Assembly (NCBI GenBank): GCA_002269645.1
Contig: NIVC01000219.1
Coordinates: forward strand, 124,001 to 188,000
DNA: 64,000 nt
Direction: 5' to 3'
From: Macrostomum lignano
Taxonomy: Eukaryota
Part shown: piece after piece, positions 1 to 13,379 of the stretch
Numbering within the stretch: position 1 is the first letter of the stretch
How the letters are laid out: every line of letters begins with the position of its first letter
Notes under the pieces: generated by a model
The model's database searches: none
The model's input: the letters and a program-made list of their open reading frames with translations, nothing else
What the model was told of the DNA's origin: nothing
Position numbers and translations under genes: made by a program

Positions 1-15
1 AACTGCATGCATTCA

Positions 16-2031
16 TCAATGGTTTGAGTCCAACCAGAACTCACAAGCGATGATCTTAGCGCAGCTGTGAGACACGTGACAGTCCGTGTCCCAGCTGAAG
101 GTCAGCTGTGTGCCCTGAAGAATCGGAACATCCCTTGGCGTGGTCAGCCCTAGGGCTTGCAGGCATCCCAGGGGATCAGGAGAGAACCTGGCAGCCAGCT
201 GCGGGCAGTTGGAGTACGGTCTGAACTCCGGAGCGGCAACCCGACTGACAGGCCGCCGAGGGTCTGCACCGCAGCTAATCAGTTTGCTCAGACGGGAATG
301 CGAATGCTCATCGTAGGATTGAATGCTCAGCAGCTGCAGCAGAGTCAGCCCGCTGAACCGCCAGAGTCTGCTGCTGACACCCCAGCTGAGTTCGGAGTCG
401 ATGTCTTTGTTGCAAGCCTTCAGCACTGGATTGCCTGTTGCGGTTGGTTTTGGTGCATTTGGAGCATTTAGCGAGAATATGCGCTACTTTCTACTTGTGA
501 GTAGGCGAGTCAGCATCTTAAATCTTAACTGGCTAAATTTGAATTCATTTTTATCAGCCATAAGAGCAGAGCAAACAGATGGAAGGAGAGACCGAAGGTC
601 TGCGTTATGAATTCAAAGCTTGGATTGCGTGTGGCACACTTACTCAAGCTGCTCTGCAAACATGTGGGTGGCGGATGTGGAGCAGCTAAGATTGAGATAC
701 GAACAGAGCGGCAATAAAATCAGAGACATTTATGGAACCGGATGTCCTTATATTATTTACTGAGTTGACTGAATTTACTCCTGTGCAAACTTAAACTCGC
801 ATTGGTTATAAAATCTGCAACGTCCTTCTTTAGTGTTGAGTTGCTTCTGCCGCAGCAAAGGCTAGGAGAGGAGAGCAAAGCAGATTCGAAATAGAAGGAT
901 ATTTGACTATTTTTCAGCCAATGGCAGCACAGACGGTGGGGCCCTGTCTGACAAAGCCCCGCAGTGCAGAAGGATAGGAGAGCTGATAAGGCCGCACAAA
1001 TGTGCGTCTCTTATGTATAGCGACTGGAAGAGAGGCAGCGGGAGAGAGAGGCTGGTAGCACTTGGGTTCTGTTAGTCACCGCATTCGTTAGCTGGCTGGG
1101 GGCCCTCAGAACAGAACAGAAGACTCTCAGAACCCGACATAAACAAAAATACAAAACCGGAGGGTAATTTTGCTATTTTTGGCATCTGCACGACCTGCAC
1201 TTTGCTTGTGCTGGTTGTTGAATTCGGGACTAGGATATTAAAAAGCATCATTTTAGCATTTATTTCGGTTGCCACGTGGTGTAGGGCGATAAATTGTGGA
1301 GATTAAAGATGCACGCACGCGGAAAATTCCAGAAAAAAATGAAAATGCAGAAAAGAAAGATTTGCAATTTCATTTTTGCAACGTCATTTTACAATGAGAT
1401 TGCATTAAGCCGTGAGGCCAAGGACCCCTGAGACAGCCACTTCAGCTGTGAGGCCAAGGACCCCTGAGACAGCCACTACACCTGTGAGGCCAGGGACCCC
1501 TGAGATAGCCACTTCAGCTGTGAGGCCAAGGACCCCTGAGACAGCCACTTCAGCTGTGAGACCAAGGACCCCTGAGCCAGCCACTTCAGCTGTGAGACCA
1601 AGGACCCCTGAGACAGCCACTTCACCTGTGAGGCCAGAGACCCCTGAGACAGCCACTTCAGCTGTGAGGCCAAGGACCCCTGAGGCAGCCACTCACCGTT
1701 CACGTCCAAGTCCTGGCACAGGGTGGTCAGGACGGTCAGGAAAATTTCCTCATCCGCCGCGGGCAGCAGGGCGGCCTCGGCCAGCGCGGGCAGCAGCAGC
1801 CGATCGGAGCTGCTGGTGAACAGGCAGCAGTAGGCCACGGCTTTGGCGTTCTGCTGCTGCACCGCTTCTAGAAGAACCGTCCGACCGAAGCTGTCGGGGG
1901 TGTTGATGCCCGCGAAGAGGTCGCCGAAGGACGGGTTGCTGAGCTGGCGCTGGTTGAAGGCCACCACCTTGGGCCAGTTGCCCTCGCGAGCCAGCTTGTG
2001 GACCAGCCTGGGATGTGGGAGGTGGGGTTAG

Positions 2032-2079
<48 letters not shown>

Positions 2080-2125
2080 TGACAGACAGACAGACACTAA
2101 GACAGGCAGATAGACACTAACACAC

Positions 2126-2176
<51 letters not shown>

Positions 2177-2213
2177 CTAAGACACTAAGACAGGCAGATA
2201 GACACTAACACAC

Positions 2214-2280
<67 letters not shown>

Positions 2281-4197
2281 CTAAGACAGACACACAGACT
2301 GACAGACAGACACACAGACTGACAGACAGGATACTCACAGCTCTCCGTGCTCATTCTTCTGAGTCAGCTCTCCATACGCCAGGTTCCCGATCACACGCCG
2401 GGCTTCCTGCAGCTCTTCTCCTGTGCAGGTAAAGTCAGTGAGGAATTAAGTATAAAAGCAGCTCATAGTCCCAATACTCAGCAATTTCATCTCAAACAAG
2501 CAAAGCCGGAGAGCCTCACTGCAGACGAAGCCCGCAGCCGCAGAGCTGCCTCGCTGAGCTCCCAGAAAAATCGCAGCCTGACGCCTTGGCTGAAGGAGAT
2601 GCAGCTGCTGAGGCTGCTGGGCGCTGGCCCCAGCAACAGTTGCTGAGCTGCCATTGGAGGCAGCACCGGTGTCGAACTTTCTCGGTCGACCGCGCTTGCG
2701 CTTCTCAGGCGCGGCGGGCTGAGGAGGCACCGGAGGCTGCTGCTGCTGCACCGGTGGCTCAGCATTGACGGTCATGCTGTGCTGCTGCCTGAATTCGGGT
2801 GTGGGAATGAAGTGACAAGCTTGATGCAGTGTGCTCTGTGCTCAGGGCTCACGGTTTTGTGCAATCAATGGTGCTGAATTACCTGACTTCGTGAGCTGCC
2901 TGCGGCGGCCACTGCACCTGCTGATGCTCTTCGTGGCTGGGCGGCGTGTGGACCTGAAATCCTGGCGGGGAGGCGTTCGATGAGTAGGGCGAAGGTGCCA
3001 AGGTTGTGGTTGTTGTGGAGCTCAGCTGGCGGCGTCGCCGGTCCGGCACCTCGCCGCGGTTGTAGCCGTCTCCGTCCTCGAGCTCGCGCAGGATGTCGTC
3101 GTCATCGTCGCTGCCTTCGGCGCAGCCCCTGGCGAGTTTGGAAAAGTTCGTCGTGGTCTGTGGGTCAATGGAATGCGGCGGAGCCTTCGGCAGGTACAGC
3201 TGCTGGCTGCTCCTGCGGCTGCTGTCCAAGCCGCCCGCGTCATCGTCGGAACCCGAGGCCTGCCAGTCATCGCTGTCGAGGACATCGGGGATGCCGATGA
3301 CCTGGAGAAGGAGATGGGGCGTTGTTGAGACTGGATACTGGGCTGCATTCACAAATGCACACTTTGAGCAGCATGCACTGAGCACAGGGAAGTCACACCG
3401 GATCGCATTCACAAATGCACACTTTGAGCAGGATGCACTGAGCTCAAGGAAGTCACACTGGATCTCATTCACAAATGCACACTCTGAGCAGGATGCACTG
3501 AGCTCAAGGAAGTCACACTGGATCGCATTCACAAGTGCACACTTTGAGCAGGATGCACTGAGCACAGGGAAGTCACACCGGATCGCATTCACAAATGCAC
3601 ACTTTGAGCAGGATGCACTGAGCTCAGGGAAGTCACACTGGATCGCATTCACAAATGGACACTTTGAGCAGGATGCACTGAGCTCAGGGAAGTTACACTG
3701 GATCGCATTCGCAAGTGCACACTTTGAGCAGGATGCACTGAGGTCAGGGAAGTTACCTGTGTCTGAGATCGGTCGATTCCGGCAGCAGCGTCGGCAGCGG
3801 CGGCAGCTTCGGCGGCCTTCCTGCGCCGGTTCTCAAAGTTCAGCTTCGGTATCGGCTGCGAGTTGATGCTGGCAAGAAGCTGGGCGGCCCGACGGCCAGG
3901 TGGTGCGGCTGGTGATGCCACGTCACGGCTGACATCCAAGCTTTTCATGTTGCGCATCAGCTGTTCGATCTGAGCAGCTGCCGACAACTGCTGGGACTGC
4001 TGGCTTGGAGGCTGCTGCTGCTGCCAAACTGAATGCTGCGGCGGCGACTGCTGGACTGAATGCTGCTGCTGTGGCTGCAAAATCTGCTGGTGCATTGTGA
4101 CGGGAGCCTGGCCATTGCGAAATGTCAGGTCAATTCGGATTGTGACATCGTTTTCGTTGGGCTGGCTCACTTGAATGATGGTCGATGATGTCGTCAT
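16..4197 (-). CDS. AT-hook + divergent ankyrin-repeat protein, ~646 aa, 6 coding exons (4197-3757, 3301-2883, 2788-2520, 2420-2339, 2007-1697, 434-16)
   Basis: All five introns are GT-AG and phase-compatible (0,2,1,2,1), joining into one 1941-nt ORF ending in TGA at 18-16. The N-terminus is Q/P/S-rich and low-complexity, followed by an AT-hook (KRKRGRPRK) and ankyrin-like repeat starts ([38 protein letters not shown]) and CGADP. An acceptor at 4218-4217 implies an upstream non-coding exon. Confidence 0.75.
1408..1691. repeat. 36-bp intronic minisatellite (~8 copies)
   Basis: Unit ttcagctgtgaggccaaggacccctgagacagccac; starts a few bases into the intron after the donor at 1696. Confidence 0.95.
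2031..2328. repeat. (GACA)n-type intronic microsatellite
   Basis: GACA runs with cacta/cactga interruptions fill almost the whole intron 2338-2008. Confidence 0.95.
3338..3756. repeat. 60-bp intronic minisatellite (~7 copies)
   Basis: Unit ~gagcaggatgcactgagctcagggaagtcacactggatcgcattcacaaatgcacacttt; on the minus strand the first unit begins at the donor GTAACT (3756). Confidence 0.95.
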
Positions 4198-7100
4198 CTT
4201 GTGTTGGCGATTTAAGCTGGAATACAAAATTCAGAAAGCTGCCAGTTGTTGTGCATTTTCAGAGACAGAAAAATGAATAAGAGATAAGTTAACAGTTTGA
4301 GCTTTTTAGCAAGAAACTCTAAAATCCTTAGTTTTTGGTGGCGATAGTTGTAGATGTGACTCGACTTTATTTGTGCATAGAAAGGAATCATGGATCGAGT
4401 TAGAACGAAAATAAGGTCGCTAAAATTCGTATACTGCAATTTTGCAAAGAAACAAGATACTAATTTCAGGTTACTGTTACTCTTCAGGTATAGTAAACGA
4501 CATAGCATTTTTGTTTAGAAAGGTAAAATAGCTCGAGGATCTGTAAGAAGGTAGTCTAAAAAGCAAAATCAGATAATTTTTATCAGCATTTCAATAAATT
4601 TTTTGCCATGCGTTTGCAATCAGATTTCCAGTTTTTACTCAGGCGTACAATAATGCTATAAATCAAGATTCACAGATTACAAATACAAATCGCGCACAAT
4701 TAAGGCCTTTACGTATACGGTAGTAAAACACGTTTATTGTTTTACTTTAGAGAATGGTTTGATGCAGTTGATAAAAGGACTAGCCTACCTTTTCGGAGAT
4801 GTTTAAAAAGAAAAAATTATATTGACTATCTTTTTTGACACGATAGCATGGACAAAGTTAAAATTGTAATCCGCCGGTCGGTATTTAGATTTAAAACTCG
4901 ATCGTGAGAACTGAAAGTTTGAAAATGAATCGGGACAAATCGCGTTCATATATATGCTGGCTAAGCAAATATAAACAAATTTTTGTATTTTTCCTGAAGA
5001 AATCAATCAGACTACTTTAAAATAACGCAAAAATATCATTTAGGCTTATAGAATTTCTGCTTCTCATATGAGTTTGCTAGTCTTTTTTTCTAAATCGGGG
5101 CACTTCAACTTCAAGTAAAAACAACAAAAAAATAGTCTTAGGATATTAGTTACATTTAGGCATTGATTTAATAAGTAGGACTAAATCGACTTCGGTTTAA
5201 AAACGGTAAAAATATAGCTAGGGGCTAGGCTAGGCCTATCGCCTAATCAAGCATAATACATCTGATATACGATCCTTTAGTTAGGCCTAGCCAAATCTAC
5301 TCTACTTATAACGTATACATTAGTAGGCCTAGTCTAGGGCTAGGCAGAAATAGAATCCTAGGCCCTAGGCCGATCTTGGCTAGCCATTGACAATGTCATG
5401 TCAATAAATGACCTAGCCAGCTTAGCCTTGCCTGTTTTGAACAATTAATATTATTATTATTATTATTAGGCCTGACTTTTTGTTTCTTCCAGAATCCAGT
5501 CCAGTCTGGACTCGACTCCAAGCAAACATTTTTTATCAGTTTAACATTGATTGAAATGTTCCTAGGCCTTGTCATTTTGTCATCTGCCATTTTTTTATCA
5601 CCTCACCTCAATTTGAGTCATCTTAATTTACATATAGGCCTGCTGCTGCTACTAAAGCAGTGAAGCAAAGCCAAGGCAAGGGAGTCATTTTGTCATGTTA
5701 TAGCTATACATACACCAAAAAATCTTAATTGGCTAGGCCAAGGCCTACTTATTTACTTAATGGGTAATAAGAAATAAGATTAACATAAAAACAAGTTGTT
5801 ATAGCCTATAGGGGTATTTCTTAAATTGGAAAAATCCTATTGATGTCATATTTATAAGGGTTGTTATGGGGAAGTTCTAATCTAAGGAAATATTATAATT
5901 TATTAATCTCATGGCTATCAATAAATTTTGTTTAGGTAGGGCAGAGGACTTAGATTTCTTGGAATTGGAGAAAAATGTCCTATTTCGGTTATTATTAATA
6001 GTACATTAAGCCTCCATAGGGGTATTCAAATTAAAAATTCAAATATTAAAAGCATAAAAAAAGTTTTCCTAATACTTGACCCATTTCTAAATTGATTTTT
6101 TATTGTTTTATATTTTATATATACTCAGCAACATTGAAAAGTGTCTACTCTATACACCAGTGAGCAATTTCTTTTGGACTTTTCTAAAACAAAAGATAGG
6201 CCTATAAAAAACTGATTGAGTAGCATTAATCTATTCAACAAAACCCCTACACATTGGACCTCTAATACTGATAGAGCCCTTCTCAACATTGTTACTAGTA
6301 GGCAAAAGCAGCTAGATAGTGGCTGCACTTATGGTTGGCCAACAGGTAGTATCTAGCAAGCCATTTCATATAGGCTATCTTATCTATCATTGTTTTCATA
6401 TAGATTGCAAGTTGATATCACATTTGTAGAGTTCTATAATAGGATATAGCTTAGCCATAAGTATGATTGTTGTTAGGGCAATAGGTTGTCTAGCCATGCT
6501 ATAATTGATTAGTTAAATTTATACCAATTAAGAATATTGTTTTAACAAAAATAAGCACCCAAAAACATATTCCATTTGCTTTTTATTATCTATTCTATCA
6601 CTTAATAAGCTTAAAGTAACTTAAAGGTTATTATTTTCAACAAAATAATTTATTGTACGAAATTATTGGATTGCCCTAAGTACTATATCCTTAAGTATCT
6701 TGCTAACTTAATTATTAGTTAATTAATAATCTAATAATATTTTGGTCATTTCTCATTATTTTACCAGGCTAATTTTTGCTCTTAGTCACTACATTATCCC
6801 ATATATTGAAATAGAATATGACAATCTGACTAGCAATTGGTTGAAATTGGCCTGTATTCATTGTCATTTTATATATTGTAATATGTTGTGTTGTAAAAAT
6901 AGTTTTGTTTTAAAAAATAGGCTTAGCCAGGCATATAAATAGGATGTACCATATAAAGTATATAACTGAATTGGATGTGGAATAGATCTAGTGGTTATAT
7001 TTTACTGCATTTTTACTTACCCTTGGTCTGCCACAATTTATGCCAATGCCAGCCAGGTAGGCCAGCAGTTTTACATGTGTGGTATGCTTTGGGGATATAT

Positions 7101-7211
7101 AATAACTTAAATAATGGCCTCATGTACATTAATTTAAGCCATGAATTGTTATTAAAAAATCTAGCTTATATAAATTGTTTTTAATCAAATGCATGAAAGT
7201 TGCGCCTACCA

Positions 7212-10200
7212 ATGGCAGATAATGACTATCATTCAGACTCAAACTCTCAATCTGATATGATTGAGCAAAAACAACTTGCCAGTCGGCCAATGTCTCCTCA
7301 ATTAGATGCTTCAGAAGATAGACAGTCAAATAGTGCTCAACAGGAGCAGCTCAACTTGGACAGTAGTCAGGATAGCTACACTGCATCACAGTCGCCAATG
7401 TCTCATAATCACCCAGCTTCACCTGATGAAGATGAGCATCCAGCTTCATCCGATGTAGAAGAGCCAGCTTCTCCTGATGTAGAACATCCAGCTTCACCTG
7501 ATGTAGAACAGCCAGCTTCACCTGATGTAGAACAGCCAGCTTCACCTGATGTAGAACAGCCAGCTTCACCTGATGTAGAACGGCCAACTTCACCTGTTGT
7601 AGAACAGCCAGCTTCACCTGATGTAGAACGGCCAGCTTCACCTGATGCAGAACGGCCAACTTCACCTGATGTAGAAGAGCCAGCTTCACCCGATGTAGAA
7701 GAGCCAGCTTCACCCGATTTAGAACGGCCAGCTTCGCCTATCGCTGAAGAAGCAGTCATTGCCAATGACTCGGCCGATAATGACAGCATGCAAATCTCAG
7801 AAAATTCCGAAGATAACGGTCTTGAACAGCAGCCTGTAGTTGCAGATTCTGTTGTCGTTGAATCAGTCGTTGAAATTGACGTGGAACCCAATGTGGTTGT
7901 TACAGATGGCGATGCAGTGGAACCCAATGTGGTTGTTACAGATGGCGATGCAGTGGAACCCAATGTGGTTGTTACAGATGGCGATGCAGTGGAACCCAAT
8001 GTGGTTGTTACAGATGGCAATGCAGTGGAACCCAATGTGGTTGTTACAGATGGCGACACAGTGGAACCCAATGTGGTTGTTACAGATAGTGAAACTGTCG
8101 AACCCAACTTAGACGATGAAGCTGCCCAGACGTCGGGCGCTGAGTCGCGCAAACGTCGCCGATTATCATCGTCTTCGGAAGATGACGAGCCGAATCGCGA
8201 TCGGACTGTTGCAGCTGCCGCTGCAGAGCACGCCGACGATGGCGAAGACGACGCCGAATCTGATTTTGAAGGCTTCGAGCCGCCCGAGGCTAAACAGCCG
8301 CGCAAACATCGGCCGACCGTTATGGACGATCCGGACGATGAGAATGCTAACTCGGTTCAACAGCAGCAGCATCAGGAGGCCGGAGCCAGCGGTGGCATCA
8401 TCACCGATATCTTTGGCGACTCCGACCAGGAGGATGACAAAGACGATGTCGCCGGTGAAGCTGACATGGACGAAGAGTTTGAAGGATTCAATGCCGAGGA
8501 GGCCGGGGCTGAAGGCGACGTTGTGGGCGAAACCGGCGTTACGAAGCCGAAGAAAAAGAGAGACGGCGACGATGACGGGTCATCGTCATCGAGCGGCGAC
8601 GAGGATCAGCCACCCGGATTTCCCGTGTCAGATTTCGACGCGATTATGCAGCGCAAGAAGGAGGAACGCCGCCGTTCGTCTAAGCGCAGTTCGGCGCGCA
8701 GCGAATTCTTGACTGACGCTGATAGCGTTATAACCCAGGTATTCTAGATTAGAATTTGATATCCTAGATTAGAATTTGATATCCTAAATTAGAATTTGAT
8801 ATCCTAGATTAGAATTTGATATCCTAAATTAGAATTTGATATCCTAGATTAGAATTTGATATCCTAAATTAGAAGTTGATATCCTAGATTAGAATTTAGT
8901 ATCCTAGATTAGATTAGAATTTGGTATCCTAGATTAGAATTTGATATCCTAGATTAGAATTTGATATCCTAAATTAGAATTTGATATCCTAGATTAGAAT
9001 TTGGTATCCTAGATTAGATTAGAATTTGGTATCCTAGATTAGAATTTGGTATTCTAGATTAGAATTTGGTAACCTAGATTAGAATTTGATATCCTAGATT
9101 AGAATTTGGTATCCTAGATTAGAATTTGGTATCCTGACTTAGAATTTGGTATCCTGACTTAGAATTTGGTATCCTAGATTAGAATTTGGTATCCTAGATT
9201 AGAATTTGGTATCCTAGATTAGAATTTAGTATCCTAGATTAGAATTTGGTATCCTAGATTAGAATTTGATATCCTAGATTAGAATTTGGTATCCTAGATT
9301 AGATTAGAATTTGGTATCCTAGATTAGAATTTGGTATCCTAGATTAGAATTTGGTATCTTGACTTAGAATTTGGTATCCTAGATTAGAATTTGGTATCCT
9401 AGATTAGAATTTGGTATCTTGACTTAGAATTTGGTATCCTAGATTAGAATTTGGTATCCTAGATTAGAATTTCGTATCTTGACTTAGAATTTGGTATCCT
9501 AGATTAGAATTTGGTATCCTAGATTAGAATTTCGTATCCTAGATTAGAATTTGGTATCCTAGATTAGAATTTGGTATCCTAAATTAGAATTTGGTATCCT
9601 AGATTAGAATTTGGTATCCTGGCATAGAATTTGGTATCCTAGATTAGAATTTGGTATCCTAGATTAGAATTTGGTATCCTGGCTTAGAATTTGGTATCCT
9701 AGATTAGAATTTGGTATCCTAGATTAGAATTTGGTATCCTAGATTAGAATTTAGTATCCTAGATTAGAATTTAGTATCCTAGATTAGAATTTGGTATCCT
9801 GACTTAGAATTTGGTATCCTAGATTAGAATTTAGTTATCCTAGATTAGAATTTGGTATCCTAGATTAGAATTTGGTATACTAGATTAGAATTTAGGTATC
9901 CTAGATTAGAATTTGGTATCCTAGATTAGAATTTGGTATCCTAAATTAGAATTTGGTATCCTAGATTAGAATTTGGTATCCTGGCATAGAATTTGGTATC
10001 CTAGATTAGAATTTAGTATCCTGGCATAGAATTTGGTATCCTGGCATAGAATTTTGTAACCTAGATTAGAATTTGGTATCCTTGATTAGAATTTGGTATC
10101 CTGGCATAGAATTTGGTATCCTAGATTAGAATTTGGTATCCTGGCATAGAATTTGGTATCCTAGATTAGAATTTGGTGTCCTAGATTAGAATTTGGTATC

Positions 10201-11857
10201 CTAGATTAGAATTTGGTATCCTAGATTAGAATTTGGTATCCTAGATTAGAATTTGGTATTCTAGATTAGAATTTGGTATACTGGCATTGAATTTGGTATA
10301 CTAGATTAGAATTCGGTATCCTGGCTTAGAATTTGGTAACCTAGATTAGAATTTGGTAATCTAGATTAGAATTTGGTATCCTGACTTAGAATTTGGTATC
10401 CTAGATTAGAATTTGGTATCCTGGGTTATAACTTGGCATCAAGAATTATAATTTGACACCAAGGATTAGAGTTTGACACCGGGAGGTTATGACTGCGGTA
10501 TGGCTCATTCGAATTTCCTCATCAAAACTATCTCTATCTCAGGTTGTCTACGAGATGCTTGAAGCGGCGCAGAGCGATCGGGAACTGATGAAAAGCGGTC
10601 GCCCAGCAACCAAAAAGATGAAGCTATTACCCAAGGTGGTGAGCCTGCTCACTAAAGCCGATGTCGTGTCCAGCCTGAGCGACAGCGCAATGCTCAGCGC
10701 CATCACCGAGTGGCTGGCCCCCTGTCCCGATGGCTCACTGCCGTCGTTGCAGATTCGCGAGACCCTACTGAGAATGCTGGAGACCATTCCCGGCATAGAC
10801 TCGGACGGACTGGCTAGCAGCGGCCTCGGCAAGGCTGTGATGTACCTGTACAAGCACAAGCGCGAGTCTCGGCCTAATAAGATCATCTGCGGCAGGCTAA
10901 TTAACACCTGGTCTAGGCCTATCTTTCAGCTAACTGACAACTACAGCACTCTGACTAAGGAGGAGCGAGAGGAGCGGGATTATGCTAATATTCCGCAGCA
11001 CAAACGGGCCAGCGATGCCAGATCTTCCGGTGAGATTTTACGGGGTATAGGTCAAAATTAGCTACTATTAGTATAGTAGCTAGAAGATTGCAATATTACT
11101 ATAATGTGAATTGAAGCTACTGTAAGTAGAGGTAAATAAAAATTGATCTGCAAAATATGCTACTCTACAAATTTACAAATACTCGTGAATAGAGTCAGGG
11201 TTCAGATTAGGGCTGCTAAGTTTAAGGGTTTTGGATTAGGTTTTCGGCTTAATGTTACAGTTTAAGCTAGGGCTAAATTATGCTACTATAAGTAGAGTAG
11301 TCAGTAGGAATAACGATTTTTGAAAAAAAATGTTTTTTTTTTATTTTTGCTTTTAAGCTACTGTAAGTAGAACAGATGACAAAAGGCTTCGGATTTGAGG
11401 TTCGGGTTAGGTTTAGATTAGAGGCTAGAGCTAGATGCTAGATTGGCAATCCTACTATAAGTAGGATAGTCAGTATGTGACATAATAATAATCTTTTTAA
11501 AGCTTTTTAGATCTTTTCTTTCAAGCTACTGTAAGTAGGAATTGAAAAAATCTAAATTTTCTTGCGCGGCCAGGCCGGGGCGACGGTTCGGACCAGCGCG
11601 GCAAGGCCAAGCCGGGCGAGCCGGGCTACGTCGGCCGCGCCCGAGTGCCCATGCCGTCAAACAAAGACTACGTGGTTCGGCCCAAGCCCCGGGTTGACAT
11701 GGACGCAGTTAAACTGGCCTCCGCTGCGCCGAAAAAACGCGAACGCCAAGTCTGGTTCGAACGGCACGTGCGTCAATTGAAAGACAAGCGTCGCAGCGGC
11801 AAGTCGATTAAAAAAGCTGTCCCTATGAGTGTCGAGGGGCGCAAGATGGCCCTGTGA
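7212..11857 (+). CDS. IWS1: IWS1 transcription elongation factor, ~765 aa, exons 7212-8738, 10543-11029, 11574-11857
   Basis: Phase-compatible GT-AG junctions (0,1). Acidic disordered N-terminus with FEGF/IFGD motifs, TFIIS N-terminal-like domain (LSAITEWLAPCPDGSLPSLQIRE...SGLGKAVMYLYKH...WSRPIF) and the IWS1-type C-terminus (PGEPGYVGRARVPMPSNKDYVVRPK...SVEGRKMAL). Confidence 0.95.
8739..10440. repeat. 20-bp satellite filling IWS1 intron 1 (~85 copies)
   Basis: Unit gtatcctagattagaatttg; the first unit starts at the donor GT (8739). Confidence 0.97.
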
Positions 11858-12075
11858 CCACAGCACAAGTGCTTACTGGATTTCATAGCGTGTGAATTTG
11901 CAAACTTCAGTATAGTAGTAGTGTCGAGATTTTTTGTTGCTTTTTAATTATACTCGCTGTGTAATAAATTATTAAATACGCAATGTTCGTTGTTGCGGCT
12001 CTTCATTCTTTCAATTGGGTTCGTTTTTCTTCACTAACACTGCTTCCTTTTCTCCACTCTACGTTTCTTCCGCTC

Positions 12076-12781
12076 TCTTCTCCCCTCTTGTCCCCTCCTG
12101 TCCCCCCTTCCCTTCTCCCTCTCCACCTCTTGTCCCCTCCTGTCCCCCTCTTCCCCTCTCCACCTCTTGTCCCCTCCTGTCCCCCTCTTCCCCTCTCCCC
12201 CTCTTGTCCCCTCCTGTCCCCCTCTTCCCTTCTCTCCTCTGCCCTCTTGTCCCCTCCTGTCCCCCTCTTCCCTTCTCCCCTCTGCCCTCTTGTCCCCTCC
12301 TGTCCCCCTCTTCCCCTCTCCACCTCTTGTCCCCTCCTGTCCCCCTCTTCCCCTCTCCCCCTCTTGTCCCCTCCTGTCCCCCTCTTCCCTTCTCCCCTCT
12401 GCCCTCTTGTCCCCTCCTGTCCCCCTCTTCCCTTCTCCCTCTCCACCTCTTGTCCCCTCCTGTCCCCCTCTTCCCTTCTCTCCTCTGCCCTCTTGTCCCC
12501 TCCTGTCCCCCTCTTCCCTTCTCCCCTCTGCCCTCTTGTCCCCTCCTGTCCCCCTCTTACCTTCTCCCCTCTGCCTTCTTGTCCCCTCCTGTCCCCCTCT
12601 TCCCTTCTCCCCTCTGCCCTCTTGTCCCCTCCTGTCCCCCTCTTCCCTTCTCCCCTCTGCCCTCTTGTCCCCTCCTGTCCCCCTCTTACCTTCTCCCCTC
12701 TGCCTTCTTGTCCCCTCCTGTCCCCCTCTTCCCTTCTCCCCTCTGCCCTCTTGTCCCCTCCTGTCCCCCTCTTACCTTCTC
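12076..12781. repeat. CT-rich minisatellite downstream of IWS1
   Basis: Variable units built on ctcttgtcccctcctgtccccctcttccct; almost pure pyrimidine on the + strand. Confidence 0.95.
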
Positions 12782-13379
12782 TATGATATGATTATTAGGC
12801 AAGTTTTTGCGCATCATTTTTCACAGTTTTAATTGCTCTTCATATTTAATAAGTCATGGTTTTTTAGCTGTACATGTAAATGCGGCGCTTTGATTATTGA
12901 ATTTATTTTCAACAAAAGAAGTTTGGCGTCGCGGCTAAGCCCAATTATTTGCGAGTGTAAAAAAATGCAAAAAATTCCCAAAAATCAACTATTAAATCCA
13001 TATATTCGCCTCTGAATACTGTTAAGCAACTTCTAACCCTTCAAACAATACATTATTACACTGTTGTGGTTGATCCATTAATTTCAACTGCCTCGGCGGC
13101 ATTTCGTGTGCGCTATTTCATAAAAATTTTTAATGGCTTTCTATTTACTGTTTATTGGTAAATTGGTCATGCTTCATGCTGTCATTCAGGTGGGAGCTAG
13201 TTGTGATCAACACCCGTGATAAAAAAACGGTACCAAGGCCAAAAAGAGTCACTTTCGTTGCCCCAAAGAGCGAACATGTGACTCCAGATGCTTCTAAAAC
13301 AACGAGATTTCACGGTAAAAGTTGCTAAAATTGATCAAAGAGTCGTCTAAGTTTGGACCTTTCATGTCTATGACTCCAG

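Noticed and set aside
3302-3756. Cys-rich 20-aa repeat ([20 protein letters not shown]) as a metal-binding coding segment
   Set aside because: It lies in a 455-bp intron with canonical, phase-matched splice sites; retention would hit a stop in the upstream exon's frame.
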